From Octopus vulgaris (lineage: Eukaryota), in assembly GCA_951406725.2 (NCBI GenBank), contig OX597832.1, positions 19,902,001 to 19,966,000 of the forward strand: 64,000 nucleotides of DNA, in the 5' to 3' direction. The notes under the pieces are model-generated. The model was given only the letters and a program-made list of their open reading frames with translations. It made no database searches and was not told where the DNA came from. Made by a program: the position numbers and the translations under genes. The first letter of the stretch is position 1. Each line of letters opens with the position of its first letter. This document shows positions 1 through 14,807 of this stretch, one piece after another.

Positions 1-20
1 GGTTTGTCTCTCGTCTATGT

Positions 21-401
21 GGAAGCACTCCGTCGGTTACGACGACGAGGGTTCCGGTTGATCCGATCAACGGAACAGCCTGCTCGTGAAATTAACGTGT
101 AAGTGGCTGAGCACTCCACAGACACGTGTACCCTTAACGTAGTTCTCGGGGATATTCAGCGTGATACAGAGAGTGACAAGGCCGGACCTTTGGAATACAT
201 GTACAACAGAAACGGGAAGTAAGAGTGAGAGAAAGTTGTGGTGAAAGAGTACAGCAGGGATCACCACCATCCCTGCCGGAGCCTCGTGGAGCTTTAGGTG
301 TTTTCGCTCAATAAACACTCACAACGCCCGGTCTGGGAATCGAAACCGCGATCCTACGACCGCGAGTCCGCTGCCCTAACCACTGGGCCATTGCGCCTCC
401 A
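21..401 (-). mobile_element. tRNA-derived SINE, family A, full length
   Basis: Minus strand starts GGAGGCGCAATGGCCCAGTGGTTAGG (A-box-like) then GGTTTCGATTCC (B-box-like). Near-identical copy at 57551-57920. 13-bp TSD CTCTCGTCTATGT at 8-20 and 402-414. Confidence 0.93.
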
Positions 402-789
402 CTCTCGTCTATGTACGAGTGTCTGGATAAGACATCATCTAAGAGACGTCTTCTAAATGCGGAAAAACATTAATATTTTTGCAATACATTTGAGATCGTC
501 CCACCCTTCCAATCACCTATCGTTACTTTTACGTCATCATATGAGGTTACTGCCCTACGCATCTATCTAGCACTATAGCTCCTAAAATCTAATCCATGTA
601 TCTATTATCCCCTCTAACTAACCACTAGCTTACTCTAACGGTCACAGGTATTTTATAACTAGAACGATTGTGATCGCATGGCTGCTGGATTGTGGCTAAC
701 CTTTGCCTATACAACATACACCTAGATATCAGCACCATTCCCTAAATTGGAAAGAAGGTGAATCACAGAACAGTGAATACAGAAAAAAA

Positions 790-910
790 GACACCTTGCG
801 GTACTTGTTCTAATTCTCTGTGATCTGAGTTCAAATACCACCTACGGCAACTCTGCCTTTTATCCTTTTGTGGCCGTTAAACAATGTGCTAATTATGTAC
901 GGAATCATCC
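790..910 (+). mobile_element. Old degenerate SINE family C fragment
   Basis: TCTGAGTTCAAATACCACC..CAACTCTGCCTTTTATCCTTT aligns by eye to the family C core at 54241-54406. Confidence 0.55.
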
Positions 911-915
911 CCCCT

Positions 916-961
916 TTTCTCTCTCTCTCTCTTTCTCTCTCTCTCTTTCTCTCTCTCTCTT

Positions 962-999
<38 letters not shown>

Positions 1000-1014
1000 C
1001 CTCTCTCTCTCTCT
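916..1014. repeat. (CT)n microsatellite
   Basis: Directly visible. Confidence 0.95.
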
Positions 1015-3035
1015 GAATAGGCTATGTGAGAGGCCCCAGCCTCAGGAGGCTGTTTCTAACACGGCCCCATTAAGGTATTTACCTCTTGCTATGGACAGTA
1101 CATGGAAGAAAACCTAAACCGGAAGTAACGATGAATCCTCAAAGTCGTCGTTAAGCATGACAGAAATAACAACCAAGTCTTCCTCAAATCATAAATCAAA
1201 TTTCTAAGAATAAACATGACTACAATTTACTATGTTGTCTCAGAGATTCTCACCAAGGAAATTAAGATTAGATGGCCAAGGCTGAGATGCCCTTGATCAA
1301 GGTGTATATGCAATCGAAGCTAACATGAAACTTAGAATTACATTAGCAACAGCAACAGCAACAAACAGAATACTCTGAACTGAAATAATAATGTAAATTG
1401 AATGATTTTATATCGAGAGATTTAGCAGAGATTTACTGAAGGTTTACTCTTAGTCTTGGTTATGAAGGCTCAAGTATTAGTTACATATTAGTGCTTGTGG
1501 CAGCATATCACAGGTGATATAGATAAATAATACATATAATTGATAAAGGAAAACTCTAAATTTTGTTAAATTAAAATAGCTGTTAAATTCAAGAGTTTAT
1601 TGCGGAAAAAACAGATGGTGGGTGACACATAACGGTAAAAAATAAATAATAAAAAGCAACGCGAAATCAAATCAATAGATGTTCCCTTAAAAAGAAATAA
1701 AAATATTGAGAAAAATGGAAAATATTACAATTATTGCAAGTGTGTCATGGGGAGAAGCAAGAAAAAATTCTGGAGGTTTTCGTAGTGATCGATTGAAACT
1801 CCAAAGTAGGGAGATCACCGAAAATTAAACATTTCCTGTTTGAAATAGCTCAATTTGGAATCGAACTTGCAGCTGGAGATATGGTATCTCGCAAATCTAA
1901 ATCCATTCCCTCGCGCACCTTCCCGCCCATTAAACAAAACCTTTCTCTGCCATCTAATCGAAAATTTTACATATTCGTGTTGGAAATGATTCCATAGTGT
2001 TCGTGGTGTTAGTGTTGAAGTTACAGAATACAAACAAAATATAGTTTTAGTATTTCTGTGATGACCTACATCCATAGATAAAAACCTAACCATAGCACTG
2101 CAGATGGATGAAACACACTTCAAATTTGCAGTGCTACCACTGCCGCTTACAGCTGCAGATAGTCACATATTAATCTTGCTGCTTGTATTTGCGAGCAATA
2201 GATAAAGAAAAGAAAAGAAGAAAGCCACTAAGTCTTAACAGGGCCTGCCTGTTCAGACTAAGCCACCAAATTCTTCTTCACACATTTGCGGATGTATATG
2301 CATACAGAAATATATATGCACGTATACATGTATGCAAACACACGCACACACACACATATACACACATTTATACGACCATATTAATCTAAATTTCTCTACC
2401 AATATATTTATTATATATTCTCTATCAAAAATTACCATTGAAGCATATATTATTATTGTTATCGTTTGGCCATTTACCAAACTAGAGAAATACCTATACA
2501 CTTGCCAATGTGCCAATCTACAAATCAACGTATATCTGCTACTGTACAAACCAGAGATATCGCGCAAGTCAGCAAACAACTCGGTCATATATTTTCCAAC
2601 TGGCCCCACTCGAGTGTTATCACAATCCCTATCTATATTTCTACTAAATTTCCTGATTATATTTACCTTACCACGCATATCTTTCTAAGTAATTAGCTGA
2701 CATACTACATACTAGCCTGTCAGCAAATATACTATTTGTCCTACTAAAGGACATACCAGCCTACCTACCTAATTACATACCGACATACCTATCTACATTT
2801 CTGTCTATCAATATGTACGTTTGCTTGTGCATACATACACACACACATATATATATATACATATATATATATGTATATATATATGCACATATATATGTGT
2901 ATATATATATATACATACACACAAACACACACACACATATATATATATTTATATATTTATATATATATATATATACATGCATACATACATACATACATAC
3001 ATATATACTTACATTCATACATACATGCATACACT

Positions 3036-3140
3036 AGGCCTAGTGGTTAGGAGGCTGCACTCGAGCTCGCCAGGTCATGATTTCAATTCCTAGACCAAGT
3101 GGTGCGTTGTGTTCGTGAATAAAACACTCATTTCGACACC
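3036..3140 (+). mobile_element. Degenerate SINE family D-like head
   Basis: GGCCTAGTGGTTAGG..TTTCAATTCCTAGACC..GCGTTGTGTTC..AAAACACTCATTTC resembles 55601-55710. Confidence 0.65.
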
Positions 3141-3855
3141 TGACGTGTGGTACACCGTGCCCCAGTTCAGACAACAACAATTTGAGGAAGAGAGTGAGCT
3201 AATGTACAGACATACATTTCGTCATTATAAACAAAACATATTTGCCGGTCCTGCGAATAAGAAGGGGAAAAAAGAGCAGTTACTCCGGAGAAGAGCATGT
3301 GTCTCGGTACATGACCCAAAAATAACTGCATATATATGTGTGTGTGTGTGTGTGTGTTTGTGTGGGTGCGTGTGTGTGTGTGCGTGTTAATATTGTGTAA
3401 TACATACAATATGTATTAATATATAGTTTTCGTTATACTTTTAATTTTTATACTCTTTGTTCTGTCACACACAAATTAAAGGGACTCAATATAATCTAAT
3501 GTTAGAAGTGTACAGAACTTAACTGTATCGTGTACCTCTCTGTAGTAAACATGATTTGAAATCCACCTGCTAATGTAAGATCAACAAGCCAAACAAGGTA
3601 ACTGTATAGGATGTTCCGCAGACAGTGAATCTTTAGAAAAGGGCCTGGTTCTGATCATTCAGAGTAGCTGTAGAACTATTTGATGATCTCACGACCATAA
3701 GACTTCATCTTCACAAACCTTCTTTAAAAAAAAAAATGAATTTATGAAAGGTGTGCTTAGAAATTCAAAGTCATTCCCCACTTGTACATTGCAAATAATA
3801 AAATAAAATAATAAATTCATGTTGCAAATCATCAATGACTTGAAGTACTCTTTCT

Positions 3856-4186
3856 CTCTTTTACTCTTTTACTTGTTTCAGTCATTTTAGTGTGGCCATG
3901 CTGGAGCACCGCCTTTAGTCGAGCAAATCGACCCCAGGACTTATTATTTGTATGCCTTGTACTTATTCTATATGTCTCTTTTAGCCGAATCGCTAAGTTA
4001 CGGGGACGTAAACACACCACCATCGGTTGTCAAGTGATGCTGGGGGCAGACACACACACATACATATATATAGTCGGCCCGATGCTAAAGTAGAAGACAC
4101 TTGCCCAAGGTGTCACGCAGTGGGACTGAACCCAGAATCATGTGGTTGTTAAGCAAGCTACTCACCACACAGCCACTCCTGCACCT
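3856..4186 (-). mobile_element. SINE family B with internal deletion
   Basis: Reverse complement of 45591-46000. Lacks about 50 bp of the central block (GACGGGCTTCTTTCAG..AAGGCTTTG) near 4072. Confidence 0.9.
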
Positions 4187-4463
4187 AACATATAATCTAA
4201 CACTCCCTAACATATATTCATTTTTCTTTTCTTGGGAGTTTCTTGCGTGGGAACGTAACTGATATTGTAAAACATTTGTTAAAGAATTTCACCCAAATGC
4301 TTTCAGGTGCACATTGTCTGACTCATTCTGCATTATTGGTAACTTCCCAGGAATATATATTCACAAACTAATGCAAATAAAGAAAGTTAGCTCATCAGAT
4401 CGCCGGAATTTCATGGTCATCCCAAAAATGCAGCTCTAAATATACACACATTTCCTCTTTAAA

Positions 4464-4691
4464 CAGTAATCCCACGTCATAGCGCGGTTCACCAATCGCG
4501 GTTCACCTATCACGGCTTACTTAAGCTTACGTGGATTCCCCTGTAGTGTTGTTTTGCATTTATAATGAAATAAATATATGCAAATTATAAAAATGATAAA
4601 AGAAAATATACAGTACTGTTTCTACTTTAAGAATTTTCATTTATCGCGGAGGCTTCGATACGAAACACTCGCGATAGTCAAGGAATTACTG
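4464..4691. mobile_element. Tc1/pogo (Tigger-like) MITE
   Basis: Imperfect TIRs CAGTAATCCCACGTCATAGCGCG and CGCGATAGTCAAGGAATTACTG; TA on the right flank; 228 bp, no ORF. Confidence 0.65.
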
Positions 4692-5220
4692 TATATACAT
4701 TCTATGGAAACTAAACAAAATTGGCTTGATTTGGTCAGGAAGAATGTTGCTTCTTTACAATTAAGTTAAAACGTTAAATAAAAATCCAAGGAATTGATTA
4801 TCCTCAAGGACAGCGAAAGGCAAGAAGATAGCAGAAATCGGAATAAAAGCAGTTAAAATATAAATTGTGTTCCATTGTACAATGCCGAGCATACATACTA
4901 ATGCAAGCAGGTACGCAAAATTTCCTCCCCACTGAAATTGATACTACATGAATAAGGCTGCGAAACGGCTGTAATCCTAAGGATATCACGTGGTTAATTA
5001 AATACATATTCACATCTAATACCGCCTGAATTTATGGTTTATATACTCTTCCGGAAATCATTCCATTGATAGGACCTCGCCAAACTTTTCTTCACAGACG
5101 TTCAACATTGCACTACTTATAATGGATTACGATGTAGACAGTTAGACGAGTCTGTAGGAGGAGCTTACTGTGATAATCGCACGATATTCGGAATCTACAT
5201 CTTGTGGGTGTATGTGTATG

Positions 5221-5264
<44 letters not shown>

Positions 5265-5667
5265 TATTTTTAATCAATATCACTAAATCGCTTGAAATAG
5301 TATATATATATAGATCCCTATGCGGTAACATTAACCCCAGGACACATCACTCCACATAAAAGAAGAAAACATTCTATGCTGTATTCTCAAATAAGCCAAG
5401 ACAAAATGAAAGGGATTTTCGCCCCCTTATATGTACATATGTCAGTATTTAATATTATTTCAAGATTTCTTGCCAATAGAGAAAGAGCCGGTTTCTAACC
5501 TAGATTCAAGGCTCTTCCACTGGAATTTCACCTGTTTGCATGTGAGTATGTCTATAGTATTTGGTGTGAGTGCATGTGCAGATTTGCATATTTTGTTTTA
5601 TGTATTCTCATGCATGTTTGTGTATGTATATATATATATATATATATATATACAGAGATAGAGAGAG

Positions 5668-5741
<74 letters not shown>
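5668..5741. repeat. (AGAT)n microsatellite
   Basis: Directly visible. Confidence 0.95.
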
Positions 5742-6023
5742 GATAGAGAGGGAGATAATTCTTTTTAAATTTTATTAGTTTCAGACCGAAAGTTGCGGCC
5801 TTACTCGGACACCGCCATTAGCTTTGATGTAGTTGTCCTCATCCACGTTTACTACAGCGAGCTAGGTTTATCCGGAACTCCTCACAGGAAGAGATCCAGT
5901 CTTGTTATGAAGACAGCTATGTGTATGTATACATACATAAATACATACATACACACACTCACACACATGCACACATTCATACACAAACACAAATATTATT
6001 ATATATCACCTAGATTTCTTATA

Positions 6024-6275
6024 GCGGAGGTGCGTGGGTTACTGGTTAGGGTGTCAGCATCATGATCGTAACATTGTGGTTTCGATTCCTGTACCGGGCG
6101 ACGCGTTGTGTTCTTGAGCAAAATACTTCATTTCACGATGCTCCAGTCCACTCAGCTGGCAAAAATGAGTAACGCTGCAAAGGACTTGCGTCCCATCCAG
6201 CTGGGGAACACATACGCCATTGAAACCGGGAAACAGGGCCCATGAACCTGGCTAGGCTTTAAAAGGGCGAGAAGA
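6024..6275 (+). mobile_element. tRNA-derived SINE family D (CORE-like middle), full length
   Basis: tRNA-like head with GGTTTCGATTCC; close match to 55601-55860; 12-bp TSD AGATTTCTTATA at 6012-6023 and 6276-6287. Confidence 0.92.
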
Positions 6276-6839
6276 AGATTTCTTATAAGGGGAAGGTGGA
6301 ATGATCTGCTAAAAATAGCAACTAAAACCTATTTAAATCATACCTTATCCTCTTAAGAATATCAATAACCAGTTTTATTTTCTAGTATTTGATGTACAAC
6401 GAAAAGGAAGAAAAACGTGGAATGGTCATATATGGATATCCTTTCATTATAAATTTACTTCTTGAGGGCTAACTAGAAGCTTTATGACTGCAAAAGTAAC
6501 AAAAAGATGGAAAGCAGAATTATTGTGTAGTAGTACTAAAGAGGAAGTTGGAAGGGTAGCTCCTAAAGAATTATTTAGTGACTTAACCACCGACACTAAA
6601 GTAGCGTAATGCAGTGAACTGAACCAAGGTGTACACAGCAACTTGTCTGGTTGTCCGGTAACCTAAGTGGGAGAATTTTCTTCTTGAAGTGAGGGAGTGA
6701 AACAGAGTTTAGACAGAGGCATAAACGTCTGCAAAAATGTATGTCATTAAAATTTATAGCCCCAATCTACATGGAAACATACTCCACCCCCCCTAAAAGT
6801 TATCTTATCAACCTAGCCAAGTAGAGGGTCACTTCGTGG

Positions 6840-7225
6840 TCGCTCAGTATAAGGGAAAATGACAGACAAATCTCCTTCAAATCATATCACACCTTGTTTA
6901 ATAAAAAAGATTCATTGCATGATATAATTATACATATACTCTATGTGACAACAAGCAATAATAATAATAATAATAATAATAACAGTAGTAGTAGTAGTAG
7001 TAGTAGTAGTAGTTGTTGTAGTAGTAGTAATAATAATAATAATAACAATAATAATAATAATATTAATAATAATAATAATAATAGTAGTAATAGTAGTAGT
7101 AGTAGTAGTAATAGTAATAATAATAATAATAATAATAATATGGAAAGCTGAATAGTGACTGTTCAAATGTATTTTGATCCGCCTGTCTGCTCGTTAGGAA
7201 CTGGCCTAGGGCTAAACAATAACAA
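6840..7225 (+). repeat. Old dispersed repeat interrupted by a compound (AAT)n/(AGT)n tract at 6957-7140
   Basis: Motif AAATAGCAxCCAAATCTCCxTCAAATCA..GGCTAAACAA recurs in decayed form near 1165, 6312 and 32228 (+) and near 31045, 31418 and 55430 (-). The trinucleotide tract is directly visible. Confidence 0.5.
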
Positions 7226-8957
7226 GTGTCTTATCAACTATTCAAACACCGAGTCCAGTTTGTTTTGCCTCGTGTATATATGTCTGTTTACATATATGTG
7301 TGTGTGTGTGTGTGTGTGTGTATGTACATATACATACACATCAAAATATATATGTATATTGAGAGTGAGAGAGGGTGGAGGAGAGGTGCATAAACAACTT
7401 CCGTTATTGAATAGGAAAAAACTCAATGACATTGATGGTTCCCATGAGATGTATGGAATACTCTAATACCGCTGAGACCATCAACGTATCGATATCTAAA
7501 ATCAAAGAAATCAACAAAGAGCCAATCAATATTTGTAACATAAAGAAATCAATCGATATTTTTGCCAAATATTTCTTCGCACATTTTTATCATTTCTTCT
7601 CTCGCTAAGGGATCATTCTCCTAAATATTAAAATTCAGGTATCCCTAAGGTACACAAAATTTAATCAATCGTTTTTTTAAATATTCTAATGGAATTTTTC
7701 ATTTTGCGAACGAAAACTAAATCTAGTTCCTGTGGTAGAGTATCGAATATTATACGAAGAAAGGGTGTTAAACCCTTGGTTAATCCCTCCGAACTGACAT
7801 GCGCTGAATATCAGCTATGATCGCTCCCTGCGTATAGTTGCTGATTTAGCTAATCTTGTTTCTATCCCTGATAAATTTATTTCTGTCTTCGTAGAAAACG
7901 CCATTTCTTTTTAGGCAGACGACACCTGGTGACTTCCTTAACAAGCGCCCTCTAACGTGAGATCGTTTTGGGTCAGATCTCAGCATGTGGTATATAGGTT
8001 AGATGCTCGACCATTATGTTACGTCATCAGCCCACAGCTGATGGAAACTGTCATGCTGAGGCTTGCCCGAGTTAATACCAAGTAAGCCGACAGTTCGTTA
8101 GACGTTGCAGAATCGTTGCGGCAGCCATGTTTACAAATTATGTAATGTCTCAGTAGCGGATAATGTTTACGATCGCCAACAAAGTTTAGAAGAGTAACTC
8201 CGAATATTATTTGCCCGACAATTAGAAACCTATTATTGGCGATCTTCATACATATACTCATATGTGTCAATTCTTGGTAAATGCATATAGATAAGCTATT
8301 ATAATATAAGAGCGAATGAAAATCCTTTACATGTCATCTGAAATTCCGTGACATGTCACTGCTGACAGGCGTATCCTATCTTCACAACAACTGGCCAAGG
8401 ACAGAGATTCGGTCTTGACTGTTCTACTTTCAGTAGTAGCATATTAAAGTTACCAACTATTAAAGTTACGAACTTACACGCCGTTGCACCTTCCCGTCGT
8501 TCTTCAATAAATTTCGACAATAGTTCTTCTCAGCAACTGATTAACGTATTTTAGTAACGAATTTTAGTAACAATTTATTTTGCTTTAATTTCAGAACCAT
8601 TAACATATGTGAAAATGATGCAAATTTTTCGACAATCGAACTCATAAGTTATGTATCCGTTTGCTAAACTGACACTGAATAACCAAGATATCTAAGATTT
8701 GGAAACGACGCTTCGAATTAAAACAATCATCAACCAATTTTAAACAAACACACATATAAAGGGGAGTGCATCGATATACGTGCATGCATATATAGTCACA
8801 GGTCTCTATGGCTACGTGTACGTACATATCTATATGTAAGTATGTATGTATGCCCGTACATATACGGGGGAGGGGTGTAAGTATATAGAAACATACATAT
8901 TCATCTATATAGATATTGATAGATAGGTAAATAGAAAGGTAGGTAGGTAGGTAAGTA

Positions 8958-9062
<105 letters not shown>

Positions 9063-9215
9063 ATAGATATGCATATTTTACTTAATGTGAATATAGTGTA
9101 AAAAATGTCATAACATTTGAAGAAACATCTGGTATGAACGTATGTAGATTATTGATCACTCTGTCTATCTATCTATCTATCTATCCATTTATCTATTTAT
9201 CTATCTATATATCAA

Positions 9216-9278
<63 letters not shown>

Positions 9279-9770
9279 TTCTTCTTTTCTTTTTCTTCAT
9301 AACTATATACCTGTCTATATATATATATGCAGACACACTTATATGTATGTGAATGTATACGTACATGTATGTGTGTGTGTGGATTCACATTTGGTTATGT
9401 GTTTTCTTAAGGATAATACTCACACATCTGAGGAATGATAAGCTAACAGAACATTTCTGCATTTCTTTAATAATTATTATAACATATATTTTAGCTTCAC
9501 CTTGTTATTTGATTATTATTCTTTTCAACTTAATTATGGATCGAAATGAGAATTCATATATGGGTATTTCCTCTAATGAATTCCTAAAGATATAAGTGTA
9601 TACATATATATATATATATATATATGTATATGTATACATGTATGTATGCATATATGTTTGTATATATACATACATAGATATATGCATATATTCAAACACA
9701 TATACATGCATATATATAAACAACCCTTCTTATCTTCAGCTTCTGAAAATATAAACATAAACCAAATTCT

Positions 9771-10020
9771 TGTATGTATGTATGTATGTATGTATGTATG
9801 TATGTATGTATGTATGCATGTATGTATGAAGGCATGTATTATTGTATGTATGTATGTATGTATGTATGTATGTATGTATGTATGTATGTATGTATGTATG
9901 AATGTATGTATTATTGTATGTATGAATGTATGTATGCACATATATATATGCAAGCTTGCACACAGGTATGCATCTAAGTATGCTTGTTTGTATGTATGTA
10001 TGTAAGTATGTATGTATGTA
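9771..10020. repeat. (TATG)n imperfect microsatellite
   Basis: Directly visible. Confidence 0.9.
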
Positions 10021-10496
10021 TGCATAAATATATTGACATATCTATTTATCAACATATATGTCTATATATCTATCTCTGTCTCACAGTCATACATACCTCT
10101 ATATATAAATACATTACTACTTACATACACATATAAATACATACATACAAACATATATATATATATAAATACATATCACTCATGACTACATATATCCATT
10201 ATACATCAGGGAACATGATGCCAAATTAAAGATCACTATATATTCTTTACATGTTCATATACACCTACATATATGTGATGTATTTCATAGGAATAAACGG
10301 GAACACTTGACTGAGAGTATTGGAGAATGAAAGACTCTCGTTGCTACCCTATGTTTTTTATCTTATTATTTTACCAGCAAACTATTTCTGAACAAGGCTA
10401 AAACCTTAAATACATGTACATGAACAAAAGCACAGACACAAACATATATGTCGCTGTATGTATATATATATATATATGTATGTATAAATACATGCA

Positions 10497-10616
<120 letters not shown>

Positions 10617-11153
10617 GACAGGGAGAGTTTACGAAAAAGACACAAGACGAAGACAGGTGGTGTACAAAAAAAACAAATGTATTAGTATAACGCTCAGGAG
10701 TAGAAAGAGTCTTTTACGTTTCGAGCCTACGCTCTTGTACAGAAAAGGACACAGAAAAAACAAGGAGAGAAAAAAATGTGTAGTGGCTAACTATCTAAGA
10801 TATATATATATATATATATTCATACACGCACATACGTATATGTAGACAGATAGATTTAGATACAGATTTAGATATTGATATTTAGGTATATCTATACATG
10901 TAAAGTTATGTGTGCAATTATACATGCATGCTTGTATGTATGCATATATGTATATCTTCGCTTGTTTTGGCTGCTCCACTGGAATTGCATTGAACCCCTC
11001 GTGGTCGACTTCTGTGCATAATAACAGATTCAATTACTCCTCGAACTCTTACTACCACTGAAAGGTGTCTTCACTCAAAACATATCGTGATGTTTATCAA
11101 ATGATATACCTGTATATACATACATACATACATACATACATCATACATACATA

Positions 11154-11318
<165 letters not shown>

Positions 11319-11868
11319 ACAGATATGAGCACAATCAGGTTTGGTTATATGCCATGATATTCATAACAAATTTGCCTAATTAGAATTAAGTTTAGGACAA
11401 TCAATATTGAATACAAACTCCTACTTGTAAATTGGAATTATTTTTTATGTGGTTCATTTTGCGACGAATTAGAGGACACACTTCAAGCATTTCTGATAAA
11501 TACTTAAGTTCATTCTCAACTTCTTGTGCAAAACCAATTCATGATAGGGCTATTATTTGAGTACGGGATTGGATTGCATTAATTATATATCCGCTCTAGT
11601 ACTTAATATTAGTGTCGTTTTTAGGTAATACACATACATACTAACATAAGCATAAACATAAACACACACACACACATATGCATATATACATACATGTGTG
11701 TGAGTGTGAGTGTGAGTGTGTAAGTGTGTGTATTAAAACAAATACCAATGCATATACATACCTACCTACCAACATGTACTTATATATATATGTGTGTATG
11801 TAAATTATAATTGCCTATATATTATATAAATATATACATATATTTATATATACATGTATATGTATGTG

Positions 11869-11901
<33 letters not shown>

Positions 11902-12090
11902 CTGTGTATGTATATAAATACATATTTATTCACACACACACATATATATATATATACATATATGTACTTTTACATACATAGACATATATACATATATATA
12001 TATATATATATACATATATATTCTTATATATACATATATAGTTATATATATATATATATACATACACATATATATATGTGTGTATGTATG

Positions 12091-12123
<33 letters not shown>

Positions 12124-12615
12124 ATATAGGTATTTATGTACGTATACATATCTGAATGTAAATATTCCTAAGTGTCTTCGTCTATATGTTATCGCAGACA
12201 AGACGACGAGCAGGGAATACAGAACTTCGAACCGTGGATTGGTTCTGTCGATCAACGGTACACATTGGCTGCTATCATATCTTAGTTATCCTATTGGACG
12301 TCGTGTGTAGTCTTATATACATATGTATATAATTGTATATACGTATACAATTACACACGTATTTATATATAAATACATGTGAATGTATGGAAACTGGTTG
12401 TATATAAAAAGCATATACCAATATCAGTAGTAATACTGTGTAATAAAAATTTTTCTGTTACGTGGTTAAAACCCTTCTAACCAAGAATTCATAGGCGTGC
12501 CTTTACAAAAATATGAGCAGCGACGTCGAAGCGGAATCATGTTCGAAAGAGCATCTCTATATGTATATGCATAAGCGCTTCGATGTCTCTGCTCATAATA
12601 ATAATAAAGATGACA

Positions 12616-12808
<193 letters not shown>

Positions 12809-13090
12809 TAAGAATAATAACATATATACATATATGTGTTGTTAGAATTTTAAAACATTAACTGGAGCATATATTGATGCATGAAAACGTGTGTGGTATA
12901 TATATATGTGTATATATATAGTTATATGTACATATACACGTATATATGTACATATATATATGTATATATTTATGTATATATATATATATATACACACACA
13001 TACATACATGCATACATACATATATATACATATACATATACACACACACATATATACATGTACACACATATACATATTTATCTATATATT

Positions 13091-13230
13091 TATACTAAGG
13101 ACATTACTATACTTAAATGCCTCCCGCTAGGAGGGACTCTTAAAGTCAAAACCACCATAGTAATGGTAGATTTGACTTTAAGAGTCCCTCCTAGCGTGAG
13201 GCATTTATGTACAGAAATGACCTTAATATA
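13091..13230. repeat. Fold-back inverted repeat (MITE-like)
   Basis: Inner arms 13114-13150 and 13171-13207 match 36/37; outer 22 bp match 18/22. Confidence 0.9.
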
Positions 13231-13867
13231 AATAAATATATTTAAAGGGAATAATTAATAAATGTTTCCCTTATAATGTTTCTCACGCTAACTACTTGAT
13301 ACTTTCTTATAAAGATGTTATTCTATATTGAAATTGTGTGTGTGTAATATATATGTGTGTATGTGTGTGTGTGTGTGTGTTTGTATAATATATATATTAT
13401 GTGTGTGTGTGTTTGTGTGTGTGCGTGTGTGTGTGTGTGTGTTTGTATGTGAGTACATGCGGAATTAGTACTCTTAAAATTGACGGAAAAATCATTTCCG
13501 CGCAAGAAAAATTTTAATATTAATACAACTGCTAAGTCTCCATCAATCACTCCCTAATGTCTTTAGATACAAAAAAATGAAACATTACTGAACTTAGTTC
13601 TGTGAATTAAAGGAAGTTATACAATGTTTTAGGACAGAAATTTGAATAAAATACCCGGTATACAACAATGGAACACCCTTCACAGTAGGTAGCAAATCAC
13701 TCCCTCACACATGTACAAACACACACTTGTACCTACCTACACACAAACACACACACACAAACACACACGCACAAACACACATACATATACACACGAATAT
13801 ACGCAAGTAAGTAAGTATGTATGTACGTATGTCTGTATGTATGCAAGTAGTTAGGTAGTTATGTAGG

Positions 13868-13901
<34 letters not shown>

Positions 13902-14608
13902 TGTATGTATGTATATATGTATATATGTATGTATATATGCACGTATGTATGAATGTATGTATGGATGTATGGTATGTATGTATGTATGTATGTATGTATG
14001 TATGTATGGATGGATGGATGGATGAATGGAAGAATGGATGGACCAATGGAGGAATGGATGGAAGGAAGGATGGTTAAAGGTGTGTATAAAACTCGGTTTA
14101 GTTCAAGATAGTGTGACTGATACTTGGTCTAAATATTTAGGTTAAACCAAACGGGGAGGCACGCTCAAGAGCTAAAATCGAATTCATGATAAAATAATCG
14201 AACCACGATCCCCCCCCCCCAAAAAAAAAAACAAACATCAGCAATGAGAAAATAGACAACTAATGAGACAAGTATGAAAAGTTTCTATGCATACGTGCAT
14301 ACTAGCATACATACATACATACATACATACATGCATATATACATACATTAAAACAGACATAGAAACATACATACAGACATACATACATACACACACACAT
14401 ACATACAGACATAATACGTACATACATACATACATACATACATACATTCAAACATGCATACATACATACATACAGACATACATACATACACACACACATA
14501 CATACATACATACATATATACATACATTCAAACATGCATACATACATACAAACAGCATAGCAACATACATATATAAATATATATGTACAAACAATGCATG
14601 CCAGCATA

Positions 14609-14673
<65 letters not shown>

Positions 14674-14752
14674 GAATCTCTTTCTGTCTCCCTACATGTA
14701 TATATGTATATATATATTTGTATTCAAACATATGCGTGTATATGAAAGTATG

Positions 14753-14807
<55 letters not shown>

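Noticed and set aside
325-401. tRNA-like sequences here and at other SINE heads
   Set aside because: They continue into SINE bodies with TSDs and lack a complete cloverleaf, so they are not tRNA genes.
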